From NCBI GenBank assembly GCA_046590585.1, contig JBKJVD010000090.1, positions 1 through 61,470 on the forward strand: a stretch of DNA of 61,470 bases. The letters are read 5' to 3'. The stretch's first letter is position 1. Each line of letters begins with the position of its first letter. Below, piece after piece: positions 1 through 9,676 of the stretch. The notes beneath the pieces are model-generated. The model was given only the letters and a program-made list of their open reading frames with translations, was not told where the DNA came from and made no database searches. The translations under genes were made by a program, and so were the position numbers. The DNA is from Thermoanaerobaculia bacterium. Its GTDB lineage: Bacteria; Acidobacteriota; Thermoanaerobaculia; Gp7-AA8.

Positions 1-225
1 CCGCGCCGTGCGTGGCGAGGCCTTGATCAGCGTCGTGGCCTCCCAGCCATCCATGGCGCCGAGCGCCACATCCATCAGGATCAGGTCGGGCTGTTCGGTG
101 CCGGCCATGGCGACGCCGGTCGGGCCGTCGGGTGCGCAACACACCAAAAAGCCCTGGCGTTGCAGGCGACGCGTCAGCATGTCGCGATTCATCTCGTTGT
201 CTTCGACGATCAGGATGGTGGTCAT
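1..225 (-). CDS. Response regulator receiver protein, 5' part only (gene runs off the left edge)
   Basis: Not in the ORF track because no stop lies in the window. My own minus-strand translation from the ATG at 225 gives MTTILIVEDNEMNRDMLTRRLQRQGF...PDLILMDVALGAMDGWE, a CheY-like REC N-terminus. The ATG overlaps the TGA (222-224) of the upstream kinase as ATGA. Confidence 0.75.
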   Translation of the reverse strand, partial: MTTILIVEDNEMNRDMLTRRLQRQGFLVCCAPDGPTGVAMAGTEQPDLILMDVALGAMDGWEATTLIKASPRTAR

Positions 226-2654
226 GGCGACTGCACCTCCGGCAGATCGCTCGGGGTGCGGGTCGCCTCACTGCTGGCGAGCAGATCGCGCACGTGCTCG
301 AGGAGTGATTCGCGCGAATCACCACGCTCCAGGATGGTTTCCACGTGGCCGTTCAATCGCCGCCTGTCTTCATTGGTGAGGTCCTGCGCGGTCAGAACGA
401 CGATCGGGATCGAACGCCATTCGGGATGGCGCCTCACCTCCGCCGCGAACGCGAAGCCGTCCATCTCTGGCATCATGAGGTCGAGGAAGATCAGGCTCGG
501 CCGGTCGCGTTCCATGCTCTTCAGCGCCTGTACGCCATTTTCCGCTTCCGACACGGCCCATCCCGCCTTCTCCAGCATCGCTCGCGAAACCGCGCGCGTC
601 GCAGCATCGTCATCGATCACGAGAACCGGGCACGGCGGATTGAGACAGGTGTACTTCCTCAGGATCTGCGAGAGACGCCGGCGATTGACGGGCTTAGTGG
701 CGTAGTCGGAGGCGCCGAGTGTGAAGCCGCGCTCGGGATCGTCGATCATCGTGAGCATGATCACCGGAATGTCGCGCAACGTGGCGTCACCCTTGAGTGC
801 TGCAAGGACGCTCCATCCGTCGATGTCAGGCATCATCACGTCGAGCGTGATCGCTGCCGGTAGCAGTTGCCGGGCCAGTTGCAGACCCTGCGCACCGCCG
901 CTGGCGGTCCTCACGGTGAATCCTTCCTTGCGAAGATAGCGCTGCATCAGATCCCGCTGGAGAGGATCGTCGTCGATGACGAGCACGCAGGTCCGCACCA
1001 CAGGCAGCGGTTGGGCCTGTTCAGACTCCGCCAGGTCCGCAGAGAGCACGGCCAGCTGACTCTCGCCTTCCTGAACTGCCGAGCGTTCGCCGCTCGCTTC
1101 GTGGATGAAGGCCGGCAGCTTGATCGTGAACACGCTGCCGTCGCCCGGCACGCTGTGCACGGTGACGTCGCCGCCCATCATCTGGCAGAACCTGCGCGTG
1201 AGCGCCAGTCCCAGCCCCGTGCCGCCGAACTTTCTCGTCGTCGACGCATCCGCCTGCGTGAACGATTGAAAGAGCCGGAGGATCTGCTCCGAACTGAGTC
1301 CGATGCCGGTGTCCGACACGCGGAACATCATCCATTCGTTCCCGTCCATCGTCTGCCGCTGGACTTCGACCTTGATGCGGCCGCCATGGGTGAACTTTGC
1401 TGCGTTCGATACCAGGTTGAACAATCCCTGCCGCACCTTGCCCAGGTCGGCATGCATCGACCCGACATCCGGCTGGCAGGCCACCTCGAGCGTGTTGCCA
1501 TTCTTGGCGATCTGCATCTCGATCGTCGTGGAAACCTCGTCGATGAGATCGCAGACGTCGAAGCTCTCCAGATGCAGTTCCATCTTGCCGGCCTCGATCT
1601 TCGAGAGGTCGAGGATGTCGTTGATGAGTCCGAGGAGGTGCTTTCCCGCCGTGGAAATCTTCTGCAGGTCGGCGCTGAAATCCTGCAGATCCCGCTCGAC
1701 CGCTTCTTCCTGAAGCATCTCGGAGAAACCGAGGATGGCGTTGAGCGGCGTGCGCAACTCGTGACTCATGTTTGCGAGAAAGAGGCTCTTGGTCCGGTTC
1801 GCGGTTTCGGCCGCTTCCTTGGCCTTGGCGACCTCGCCCTCAGCCCGGCGGCGCTCGGTGACGTCTTCCATCGCCAGCACGAGCAACTCGGCATGGCTTC
1901 CCTGCCTCAATTTGCGTGCGTTCAGCAACATGACCCGGCGCCCGATCACAGGAAAATCGTGCTCCAGCTCGAAGTCGTTGAAGAAGGAACTGGTCGGGAC
2001 GATGTCCTCGAGGAGCGTTCGCAGGTCGGGAATGTCCCACTGGCCGTTGCCCAGCTCGTAAATCAACCGCGTCTCGGTTTCTTCGAGTGAAACGTGGAAG
2101 GTCTGATAGAACGCGCGATTGGCCGAGTGAACACGGAGGCTGCTGTCGAGAATCAGCAGCGGCTCCCGTACGGTATCGACGACGTCCTGCGCATACGACT
2201 CGATCTGCTCGAGGAGCTGCTGCGAACGGCGACGCTCGGTGACGTCTTCCATCGCCAGCAGCACGAGTTCCGCGTGCAGCGTCCGCGCGTTGAGCAACAT
2301 CACCCGCTGGCCGATGTCCGGGAAATCGTGCTCGAGTACGAAGTCGTTGAACACCGAACTCCGCGGCACGATGTCTTCCAGCAGGTTGCGCAACGCCGGA
2401 ATGTCCCACTGTCCGTTGCCGAGTTCGTAAATGAGCCGGTTCTCGGTCTCCTCGGCCGACACGCGAAACGTCTTGTAGAACGAGCTGTTCGCCGAGCGAA
2501 CGCGCAGCGCCGCATCGAGCACCAGCAATGGCTCCCGAACCGTGTCGAAGACGTCCTGAGCGAAATTCTGGATGTCGGCGACGAGCGGGGGCTTCGTGAC
2601 ACCGCGCGCGTTCGATCCAGCCGCGGCTTCCGGTAAACGAACTGCGTCTTTCAT
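222..2654 (-). CDS. Hybrid sensor histidine kinase (2 tandem PAS-like modules, HisKA, HATPase_c, 2 receiver domains)
   Basis: ORF 222..2891(-), trimmed to the ATG at 2654 (M80), which is preceded by AGGAGG. H-box [19 protein letters not shown]; ATPase boxes VSDTGIGL and GGTGLGLAL. Two REC domains: VLVIDDD..LDVMMPDIDG and VLVIDDD..LDLMMPEMDG. Confidence 0.9.
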   Translation of the reverse strand: MKDAVRLPEAAAGSNARGVTKPPLVADIQNFAQDVFDTVREPLLVLDAALRVRSANSSFYKTFRVSAEETENRLIYELGNGQWDIPALRNLLEDIVPRSSVFNDFVLEHDFPDIGQRVMLLNARTLHAELVLLAMEDVTERRRSQQLLEQIESYAQDVVDTVREPLLILDSSLRVHSANRAFYQTFHVSLEETETRLIYELGNGQWDIPDLRTLLEDIVPTSSFFNDFELEHDFPVIGRRVMLLNARKLRQGSHAELLVLAMEDVTERRRAEGEVAKAKEAAETANRTKSLFLANMSHELRTPLNAILGFSEMLQEEAVERDLQDFSADLQKISTAGKHLLGLINDILDLSKIEAGKMELHLESFDVCDLIDEVSTTIEMQIAKNGNTLEVACQPDVGSMHADLGKVRQGLFNLVSNAAKFTHGGRIKVEVQRQTMDGNEWMMFRVSDTGIGLSSEQILRLFQSFTQADASTTRKFGGTGLGLALTRRFCQMMGGDVTVHSVPGDGSVFTIKLPAFIHEASGERSAVQEGESQLAVLSADLAESEQAQPLPVVRTCVLVIDDDPLQRDLMQRYLRKEGFTVRTASGGAQGLQLARQLLPAAITLDVMMPDIDGWSVLAALKGDATLRDIPVIMLTMIDDPERGFTLGASDYATKPVNRRRLSQILRKYTCLNPPCPVLVIDDDAATRAVSRAMLEKAGWAVSEAENGVQALKSMERDRPSLIFLDLMMPEMDGFAFAAEVRRHPEWRSIPIVVLTAQDLTNEDRRRLNGHVETILERGDSRESLLEHVRDLLASSEATRTPSDLPEVQSP

Positions 2655-2869
2655 GAGCCGCCTCCTGGTTGCTGCAACCGGACGCGAGCGCAAAGCGCGG
2701 CTGTCGAGGTCTGGAACGGTGACCTCAATGCACTTATCGAGCCCAACTGTCCATGATTCTGAAATCTGGGAGTGTGCCGCCGGCTCGTCTTCTGACGGCC
2801 GAGCGTACCCCTGACCGCCACCACGGTTTCTTTTTCTCCAGCACGCGTGTCTGACCTGCTGGAGAACGC

Positions 2870-3655
2870 ATGATGAAATCCCGACTGACACTCCTCGCCT
2901 TCGCCCTCACGATCCTCGGCACACTTCCACTTGCCGCAGCTGAAACCAATGGCTACTCGCTCACCGTGGAAGTCGAAGAGGAAACCCGCCCCGAATATCG
3001 CGGGAACGGCCACACCTACGTGGAAGGACTGCGCGGTCGCGCGTACGCACTGCGCGTGACTAACCCGACCGGCGAGCGCGTCGCCGTGGCGCTTTCGGTG
3101 GACGGTCTCAACACCATCGACGCGAAGCACACCACCGCATGGACCGCCTCCAAGTGGATCCTCGAACCGTACGAATCGACGACGATTCGCGGGTGGCAGG
3201 TGAGCGGCAGCACGGCGCGGCAGTTCTACTTCACCGGCGAGTCACACTCCTACGGTGCCGCGCTGGGCCAGACGAAGAATCTCGGCGTGATCCAGGCCGT
3301 CTTCTATCGAGAACGTCCGGCGCCGCCACCCTACGTCTGGAACGAAGGCGACGCCCGCGACGAACGCGGAGCCGCAGCCCAGCGCAAGAGTGGCTCCACG
3401 AACGCGCCCTCCGCGGCCGCAGAATCGCAAGCGGCGAAGGACGACGACTACGCAGCAACAGGAATGGGGCGGCGCACCCGGAACGACGTCACCCGCGTGT
3501 CCGTCGACCTCGATCCCTCCGCGGTCGCCTCCATCGCCTTGCGCTACGAGTTCCGCCCCCAGCTGGTGAGACTCGGCGTTCTCCGTGAGCCGCGAGTCCT
3601 CGATCGCCGCGAGCGCGCCCGCGGATTCGACTCCTGGTGCCCGCAACCGAACTAG
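2870..3655 (+). CDS. Secreted protein of unknown function (signal peptide)
   Basis: ORF 2870..3655. N-terminus MMKSRLTLLAFALTILGTLPLAAAE is a typical signal peptide. GGAGAA lies upstream and GC3 is high. I recognise no domain. Confidence 0.65.
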   Translation: MMKSRLTLLAFALTILGTLPLAAAETNGYSLTVEVEEETRPEYRGNGHTYVEGLRGRAYALRVTNPTGERVAVALSVDGLNTIDAKHTTAWTASKWILEPYESTTIRGWQVSGSTARQFYFTGESHSYGAALGQTKNLGVIQAVFYRERPAPPPYVWNEGDARDERGAAAQRKSGSTNAPSAAAESQAAKDDDYAATGMGRRTRNDVTRVSVDLDPSAVASIALRYEFRPQLVRLGVLREPRVLDRRERARGFDSWCPQPN

Positions 3656-3685
3656 CAGGGAACGGACGAACCTCCGCCAAAACAA

Positions 3686-3717
3686 AACGAGAGACGCTTG
3701 ACGCGCCTCTCGTTTTT
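3686..3717. terminator. Bidirectional intrinsic terminator between convergent genes
   Basis: Hairpin AACGAGAGACGC-ttga-GCGCCTCTCGTT (one mismatch). It is followed by TTTT on the + strand and preceded by AAAACAAAA, which reads as a T-run on the - strand. Confidence 0.6.
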
Positions 3718-3737
3718 CACATGGCCGGCGAGAATCG

Positions 3738-4553
3738 TCAGCGGATCGCGGCGTAGCCCGCCAGAGCAAGCATGCCCATCAGCATGATCATGGTCCACCC
3801 GGAGAGCGTGGGGATTCCGGCACCTTGGAACCCGTTGGCCCCGCACCCCGCGAAGGTCAATGGCGCTGCGTCCGTCACGGTCACGTCGGTCCGTGCCAGC
3901 CCTCGCCCGAGCCAGCTTCCGTCGGTCATGGTGATGGCGGAACCCGAGAGAATGGTTCCTACGAAGTTCGAACGCGTCAAAGTCGCGGCCTCGGCGGTCT
4001 TCCAAAACACGTTGCACGCCTGCGCGGCGTTGGCCATGACCACCTGCCCGTCGGTGATCGTGAGGGCACCCAACCCGCTGGTCCCGACCCTGAAAACCCA
4101 GACATCAGTCGCGGCCCCGTCGAGCGAAAGAATGACGCCGGCGCCGATCGTGGTTCCTGCCGCGGAGCAGTAGACACCGGGTGGGAGCGTTGTGGTGGTG
4201 GTCGGGATGACGCCGGTGCACACAGGGTTCAAGGCGTCGACCGAGGCGTAAGCGGCATTGAAGTCGGCTACAACCGAAGCCGGGACCGGCGCGACGATCG
4301 ACCCCGTAATCGTGCACGGACCGTTGTTCGTGATCGTGTTGAACGTGGTACCCACGGATCCGTTGATGGCGGTTCCCGGACCCGTATCGGTGCAGGTTAC
4401 CGTCCCCGGAGTCGGGACGATGTTTGTACCCAGGATTGCGTAGCTCGCTGCCGTACCCAGTGATGGCGCAACCGCTGCCGATGCTTGTGACGGGGCCAAA
4501 ACAAGAGCAACCAGGGTGGCAGTAACGAGCGAATTCAAGTACATCAGTTTCAT
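3738..4553 (-). CDS. DUF3494 (ice-binding-like) family secreted protein with C-terminal IPTL-CTERM sorting signal
   Basis: ORF 3738..4643(-), trimmed to the ATG at 4553 (MKLMYLNSLVTATLVALVLAPSQASA, a signal peptide). AASYAILG..., a T/G/V-rich beta-solenoid-like body and NVFWK resemble DUF3494. C-terminus GIPTLSGWTMIMLMGMLALAGYAAIR is an IPTL motif, TM helix and basic tail. Confidence 0.75.
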   Translation of the reverse strand: MKLMYLNSLVTATLVALVLAPSQASAAVAPSLGTAASYAILGTNIVPTPGTVTCTDTGPGTAINGSVGTTFNTITNNGPCTITGSIVAPVPASVVADFNAAYASVDALNPVCTGVIPTTTTTLPPGVYCSAAGTTIGAGVILSLDGAATDVWVFRVGTSGLGALTITDGQVVMANAAQACNVFWKTAEAATLTRSNFVGTILSGSAITMTDGSWLGRGLARTDVTVTDAAPLTFAGCGANGFQGAGIPTLSGWTMIMLMGMLALAGYAAIR

Positions 4554-4809
4554 CGCGGAGTCCTTTGCGTCAATTATGCGCGTTCTGTTCGCCATGAGAC
4601 TATACATCCTAACGGACAGTAAAAAGCACACGCATACTGCCACAACTGGACCGCCGGCGGATTTGAATCAGTGGTCGGCGCTGAAGGGCGTCGCGAACCG
4701 ATCCTTATCTTCTGGATCACCACCGGTTGACTCCGCCATCTTCCAGAACGCGCGCGGCAGTTTCGCGCTGCACGGGCCTATCATGAGCGCTTCTCGTGAG
4801 GAAAGAACG

Positions 4810-7434
4810 ATGCAGAAACGTCTGACCGCTGCCCGCCCGTTCATCAGGTTCGCCTCGACAGCGGCATGGATGACAGTCGCCCTCTGCCTGCTGTGCGCCG
4901 GTTCGGCGCTCGCCCAGGTCACGGTGTACGACGATGTCCTGCAGAATTCATTTCAGAATTTTTCATATGGCGGCGGCTCTGACTTCGCCAGCACCGCCCA
5001 GTTTCACGGAGGGCAGAAATCGATTGCGCTCACCGGGATCAACTACAACGCGATCTCGTTCGCGCGCGCAGGCCAGCCAGTCAGCACCGCTGATTCTCCA
5101 GTGGTGACTTTCTGGGTCCACGGCGGAGCCAGTGGCGGCCAGCAACTGCGGATCTACTTTCAGCTCAACAACGTCGTACTGGTGAACCAGGAACTCGACA
5201 CGTATATCTCCGGAGGCGCAATCGTGGCCGGGGCATGGCGCCAGGTCACATTGAACGCGGCGAACGCTCCGTTCAACGTCGCCTCTTATGATCGAATCGA
5301 CATTCAGAGCGATATCGCGGGTCCCCAGCCAGTTCTGTACATCGACGACGTGACGTTGCAACCGCCGGGAGCAGCGCCGGCCGCGCCGATCATGTCGATC
5401 GAGCACGACGTGACCGTCGCCTCTCTGGTGAGCGACCGGTTCACCTGGAACGATGCGAGCGGCTACCCGCGGGTAGCCGTGCTCGCACACAACGACGTCG
5501 CGCCACTCCTCAGCGGCCCTCGCGGCGGTGCACTGCGCGAATTCCGCTACCGGCTGCCCAACGGCGCCACTCGCATTGCAGACGTCACCACCTACGGAAA
5601 CGGCGGATACGCTGGCTTCGGTTACGTCGTCTCACACGCCTCGCGCTCGACTTGCGTGGGCGATGACTCCCCGCTCGGCGCTTACGTCGGCGGTACCTGG
5701 ACGCGCGTCTTCGAAGGAAGACACCACGCCATCTTCCGCTTCACTCAGAACTACCCGCGCAACTGTTCGACCACGCCACCTCAGGTCCGCGCCATGCCGG
5801 TGGTCATCGACTGGGTCTTCTCGACCGGCCGTGACAATCCGCTATGGGCGACGACGTTCCACGTCGATCAGGCTACGCCTTCGGCACCCGTCAACACGTT
5901 CTGGGACGACTCGCGCGCACCCTACGGTGAGTTGAACATCGATGGTCAGGGAGCGCTCGACATCTCTGGTGTCGCTTGGGGGGATCGCTTCAAGTTTTTC
6001 AGCACCGCCGCGCCGGTCACGCTCGGCAGTTCCTGGACATGGAACGTGGCGAACACCGTCCCCTGGGTGAAACTCTGGATCGACGGTCCGCTCAATGGAA
6101 GCAACTATGCCGACGCCACGATGGGCATCGTGCAGACGCAGACCCTGACGCAGCAGGATGCCGCCGGAGGACGCGATCCCGACATCGGAGCAGACATGCG
6201 CGCCTTCTGGAACAAGACTTCCGCGAATGGCGCAGCCGGCCCGGGCTATCTGATGCCGGACCCGAACTACTGGCCCTACCAAGCCAACGGATTCTCAATC
6301 GGGCCAGCTCTTTCGAGCAACAATGCCCGCCTCACCTGGCGCACGCAGTACGGCTTCCTCGGGCAGCAGAGCTATGCGGTGAATGACAACGTCAATGTCA
6401 CTGCTCCCGGCTACCCGAAAAAGAGCTATTCGACCTGGATCGTTCTCGGCACTCACACGAGCGGAGCGGTCGAATCGCAGCTGGCTCAGGTCGAAACCAT
6501 CCAATCGCTGAACCTGACTTCTACGATCGGCAGCGTCGTTGCCAGCGGACCTGCGGGCATCGACCGCGCCGATTCGAGCGTCTACGTGCCACCCGGATAC
6601 AACCACGTGTACGGCGCGCTGGCGTTCACCGCCTCGGGCAACCACCTGGCGGCGAACATCAGTGTTGGCAACGGGACGCTCAAGAAACCGATGCTGATCG
6701 TGGGCAACTACACGGGTGGAGCTCCTGTCTTCACACTCGGAGGCGTGACGCTCACAGCCGACGCCGATTACTTCGCATCGCCCCGCACCGCGACGAGCGA
6801 GCTCTGGGTCACGCTCAACCGTGATCTCACCGGACCGGCCAATCAGATCGACATCACCTCGGCCGCGGGCGGCGGCGTGCCGACAGCACCTACAGGGCTG
6901 AACGCCGGCGCGATCACGTCGACGCGGATTGATCTCGCATGGATTCCGACCGCCGGTGCGCAGTCCTACGAGGTCGACCGAAAGGCCCCGGCTGGAGCGT
7001 TCGTTCAGATCGGATCGCCAGCCAGCCCTTCCTACTCCGACCTGACGGCATTCGCGAACACTTCCTATCTCTACCGCGTGCGGGCAGTAAACGCGTCCGG
7101 CGCATCTGCCAGCAGCGTTTCCGATCTCGCCACGACCGTCGTATTCACCGACCCGGCCCTGAGCGGATTGAGCATCAAAGCCGTTCATCTCTCGCAACTG
7201 CGAACTGCGGTCGACGCGGTGCGATCGCTGGCTGGAATGGGAGCCGCCGTGGTCACCGACCCGGCAACGGCTGGAACGATCGTGCGGGCTGTCCACCTGA
7301 CGGAACTGCGCAGCGCTCTCGACGCCGCGAGGAGCGCGCTCTCACTCGGGAACAGTGCATACACGGATGCGGCGCTTGCTGGCGTCACATGCCGCTCCGT
7401 ACATTTTCAGGAGCTGCGAGACCTCACCCAGTAA
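4810..7434 (+). CDS. Large secreted protein (N-terminal CBM-like domain, central unknown region, FN3 domain, triple C-terminal AVHLxELR repeat)
   Basis: ORF 4516..7434, trimmed to the ATG at 4810 after GAGGAAAG. Signal peptide ...WMTVALCLLCAGSALAQ. FN3-like segment PTGLNAGAITSTRIDLAWIPTAGAQSYEVDRK...YLYRVRAVNASG. Confidence 0.8.
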   Translation: MQKRLTAARPFIRFASTAAWMTVALCLLCAGSALAQVTVYDDVLQNSFQNFSYGGGSDFASTAQFHGGQKSIALTGINYNAISFARAGQPVSTADSPVVTFWVHGGASGGQQLRIYFQLNNVVLVNQELDTYISGGAIVAGAWRQVTLNAANAPFNVASYDRIDIQSDIAGPQPVLYIDDVTLQPPGAAPAAPIMSIEHDVTVASLVSDRFTWNDASGYPRVAVLAHNDVAPLLSGPRGGALREFRYRLPNGATRIADVTTYGNGGYAGFGYVVSHASRSTCVGDDSPLGAYVGGTWTRVFEGRHHAIFRFTQNYPRNCSTTPPQVRAMPVVIDWVFSTGRDNPLWATTFHVDQATPSAPVNTFWDDSRAPYGELNIDGQGALDISGVAWGDRFKFFSTAAPVTLGSSWTWNVANTVPWVKLWIDGPLNGSNYADATMGIVQTQTLTQQDAAGGRDPDIGADMRAFWNKTSANGAAGPGYLMPDPNYWPYQANGFSIGPALSSNNARLTWRTQYGFLGQQSYAVNDNVNVTAPGYPKKSYSTWIVLGTHTSGAVESQLAQVETIQSLNLTSTIGSVVASGPAGIDRADSSVYVPPGYNHVYGALAFTASGNHLAANISVGNGTLKKPMLIVGNYTGGAPVFTLGGVTLTADADYFASPRTATSELWVTLNRDLTGPANQIDITSAAGGGVPTAPTGLNAGAITSTRIDLAWIPTAGAQSYEVDRKAPAGAFVQIGSPASPSYSDLTAFANTSYLYRVRAVNASGASASSVSDLATTVVFTDPALSGLSIKAVHLSQLRTAVDAVRSLAGMGAAVVTDPATAGTIVRAVHLTELRSALDAARSALSLGNSAYTDAALAGVTCRSVHFQELRDLTQ

Positions 7435-7476
7435 CGTCGTGACGTCGTTTCTTACGACGCGCTCCCACGATCGGCG

Positions 7477-7851
7477 TCACTTCCGCGCGCGAGTTGACTT
7501 GCCTCCGTCATCTTCATCGTCGACGTGCAAGCGGTGCATCAGGCGATGGGCGAAGGGAACGAGCAGCACGCCGAGGATGCCGATGAACATCAAGCCGGAG
7601 AACAACGCATACGCGGATGCGAAGAGCTTCGCGGAGGAACTGGTCAGCGGGTCGACCGGTCCCATACCGCCCAGGATCATGGAGGCATTGAGCAGAGCAT
7701 CGATCCAGGGGAAATGCCCCAGGTAGTGGTAGCCGGACATCCCCGCCATCAGCGCCAGGAAAATTGCCCCGAGCGCCACGGCCAGGTGGATCACCACGCG
7801 CCTCGCGAAGCGAATGCGCGAAAGGAGCTTCTCTCCCCGATGTTCGTACAT
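7477..7851 (-). CDS. Small integral membrane protein (about 3 TM helices)
   Basis: ORF 7477..7851(-). Hydrophobic segments VVIHLAVALGAIFLALMAGM, ALLNASMILGGMG and LFSGLMFIGILGVLLVPF, with a charged C-terminal tail. Function unknown. Confidence 0.6.
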   Translation of the reverse strand: MYEHRGEKLLSRIRFARRVVIHLAVALGAIFLALMAGMSGYHYLGHFPWIDALLNASMILGGMGPVDPLTSSSAKLFASAYALFSGLMFIGILGVLLVPFAHRLMHRLHVDDEDDGGKSTRARK

Positions 7852-7928
7852 GCCTGCCAGCGTACGCCATCCAGGTGAGCGGTGACCGTGTGTCCCCGCC
7901 GCGTAGCTCCTGTATTCTGCGCGCCGCC

Positions 7929-9632
7929 ATGAAGCTTCAGACTCCTTACTGCTCGACGCTGATCGACCTTGTGGTTCCCCGCGGGGAATTCGCGTCGCTC
8001 GCTTCGCATGCGGCCACGCTTCCCTCGATTCAGATCTCGGCCCGTGTGCAATGCGATCTCGAACTGCTCGCCACCGGAGCGTTCTCTCCGCTCGACCGTT
8101 TCATGGGCCAGCGCGACTACGAGCGCGTGCTGGCTGAAATGCGGCTCGCCGATGGCACGCTGTGGCCGATGCCGATCACGCTGCCGGTCGATCGCGACGC
8201 ACCGGTCGAGGCGGGTCGCGAGATCGCGCTTCGCAGTTTGAAGAACGAACTTCTCGCCATCCTCACAGTCGAGGAAATCTATCCGTGGGATCGAGCTGAA
8301 GCCGCGATTGCCATCGCCGGCACGAACGATCGCAAGCATCCCCTCGTCGCGGAGATGGAATCGTGGGGCGACCGGAACGTATCGGGCCGCTTGCGCGTGC
8401 TTGCACTTCCGGCCCCGGCGGATTTCAAGGAACTGCGCCGCACACCCGCCGAGGTTCGCAGCGAGCTCGAAGTGCGGGGACGCGAACACGTCGTCGCCTT
8501 CCAGACGCGCAACCCCCTGCATCGCGCCCACGAAGAACTGACGAAGCGCGCCATCGATGCGGTGGACGGCCTGCTCCTTCTTCATCCCGTCGTCGGTCTC
8601 ACGAAGCCGGGCGACGTCGATCACTACACGCGAGTTCGCACTTATAAGGCTCTCGTCGAGAATCATTACCCGCCCGATCGCGTGCTGCTGTCACTCCTTC
8701 CGCTCGCGATGCGCATGGCGGGCCCGCGTGAAGCGCTGTGGCACGCGATCATCCGGCGGAATTTTGGCGCAAGCCACTTCATCGTGGGACGCGACCACGC
8801 CAGCCCGGGGGCCGATTCAGCCGGCCTGCCGTTTTACGGGCCTTACGACGCGCAGGAACTCGTGGCCAGGCACAGCGACGAAATCGGTGTGCAGATGGTG
8901 CCGTTTCACGAACTCGTGTACCTCTCCGACGAAGATCGCTACGAGGAGGCGACTCGTGTCCCCGCCGATGCGATCACGCGATCGATCTCCGGAACGCAGG
9001 TGCGGGACGACTACCTGGCGGCCGGCGTTCCTCTCCCTGCCTGGTTCACTCGCCCCGAGATCGCCGCGATTCTGGGGGAGAGTCATCCACCGCGCCACCG
9101 CCAGGGCTTCTGCGTATGGTTCACCGGCCTGTCCGGTGCCGGCAAGTCGACGACGGCCGAGATGCTGGTCGCGATGCTGCTCGAGCACGGACGGCAATCG
9201 ACGCTGCTCGATGGGGACGTCGTGCGGACGCATCTGTCGAAGGGGCTCGGCTTCTCGAAAGAGGACCGCGACGCGAATATTCAGCGGATCGGTTTCGTCG
9301 CCGCTGAAGTCGTGCGTCACGGCGGCGTCGCCGTCTGCGCGGCAGTCAGCCCGTACCGCTCCACGCGCGCCAGCGTCCGCGCCATGGTCGGTGACGATCG
9401 ATTCCTCGAGGTCTTCGTCGATACCCCGCTCGCAGTCTGCGAGTCGCGGGACGTGAAAGGGATGTACGCGCAGGCCCGAAGCGGGGCGATCAAGGGATTC
9501 ACAGGAATCGACGACCCCTATGAGGAACCGCAGGCCGCCGAGATCGTATTAGATACAACCGCGGCCAGTGCCTCCGAGAACTCGAAGCGGATCCTGACGC
9601 TGCTTCGCCAGCGCGGCTTCGTCAGTCCCTGA
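7929..9632 (+). CDS. sat: Bifunctional sulfate adenylyltransferase / adenylylsulfate kinase
   Basis: ORF 7764..9632, trimmed to the ATG at 7929 (MKLQTPY). ATP-sulfurylase motifs QTRNPLHRAHEELTKRA and HFIVGRDHASPG. C-terminal APS kinase P-loop WFTGLSGAGKSTTAE. Confidence 0.9.
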   Translation: MKLQTPYCSTLIDLVVPRGEFASLASHAATLPSIQISARVQCDLELLATGAFSPLDRFMGQRDYERVLAEMRLADGTLWPMPITLPVDRDAPVEAGREIALRSLKNELLAILTVEEIYPWDRAEAAIAIAGTNDRKHPLVAEMESWGDRNVSGRLRVLALPAPADFKELRRTPAEVRSELEVRGREHVVAFQTRNPLHRAHEELTKRAIDAVDGLLLLHPVVGLTKPGDVDHYTRVRTYKALVENHYPPDRVLLSLLPLAMRMAGPREALWHAIIRRNFGASHFIVGRDHASPGADSAGLPFYGPYDAQELVARHSDEIGVQMVPFHELVYLSDEDRYEEATRVPADAITRSISGTQVRDDYLAAGVPLPAWFTRPEIAAILGESHPPRHRQGFCVWFTGLSGAGKSTTAEMLVAMLLEHGRQSTLLDGDVVRTHLSKGLGFSKEDRDANIQRIGFVAAEVVRHGGVAVCAAVSPYRSTRASVRAMVGDDRFLEVFVDTPLAVCESRDVKGMYAQARSGAIKGFTGIDDPYEEPQAAEIVLDTTAASASENSKRILTLLRQRGFVSP

Positions 9633-9676
9633 GAGAGGCAGCACGCAACGTTTTCGTGAAACTGAAGGAGTGAACC

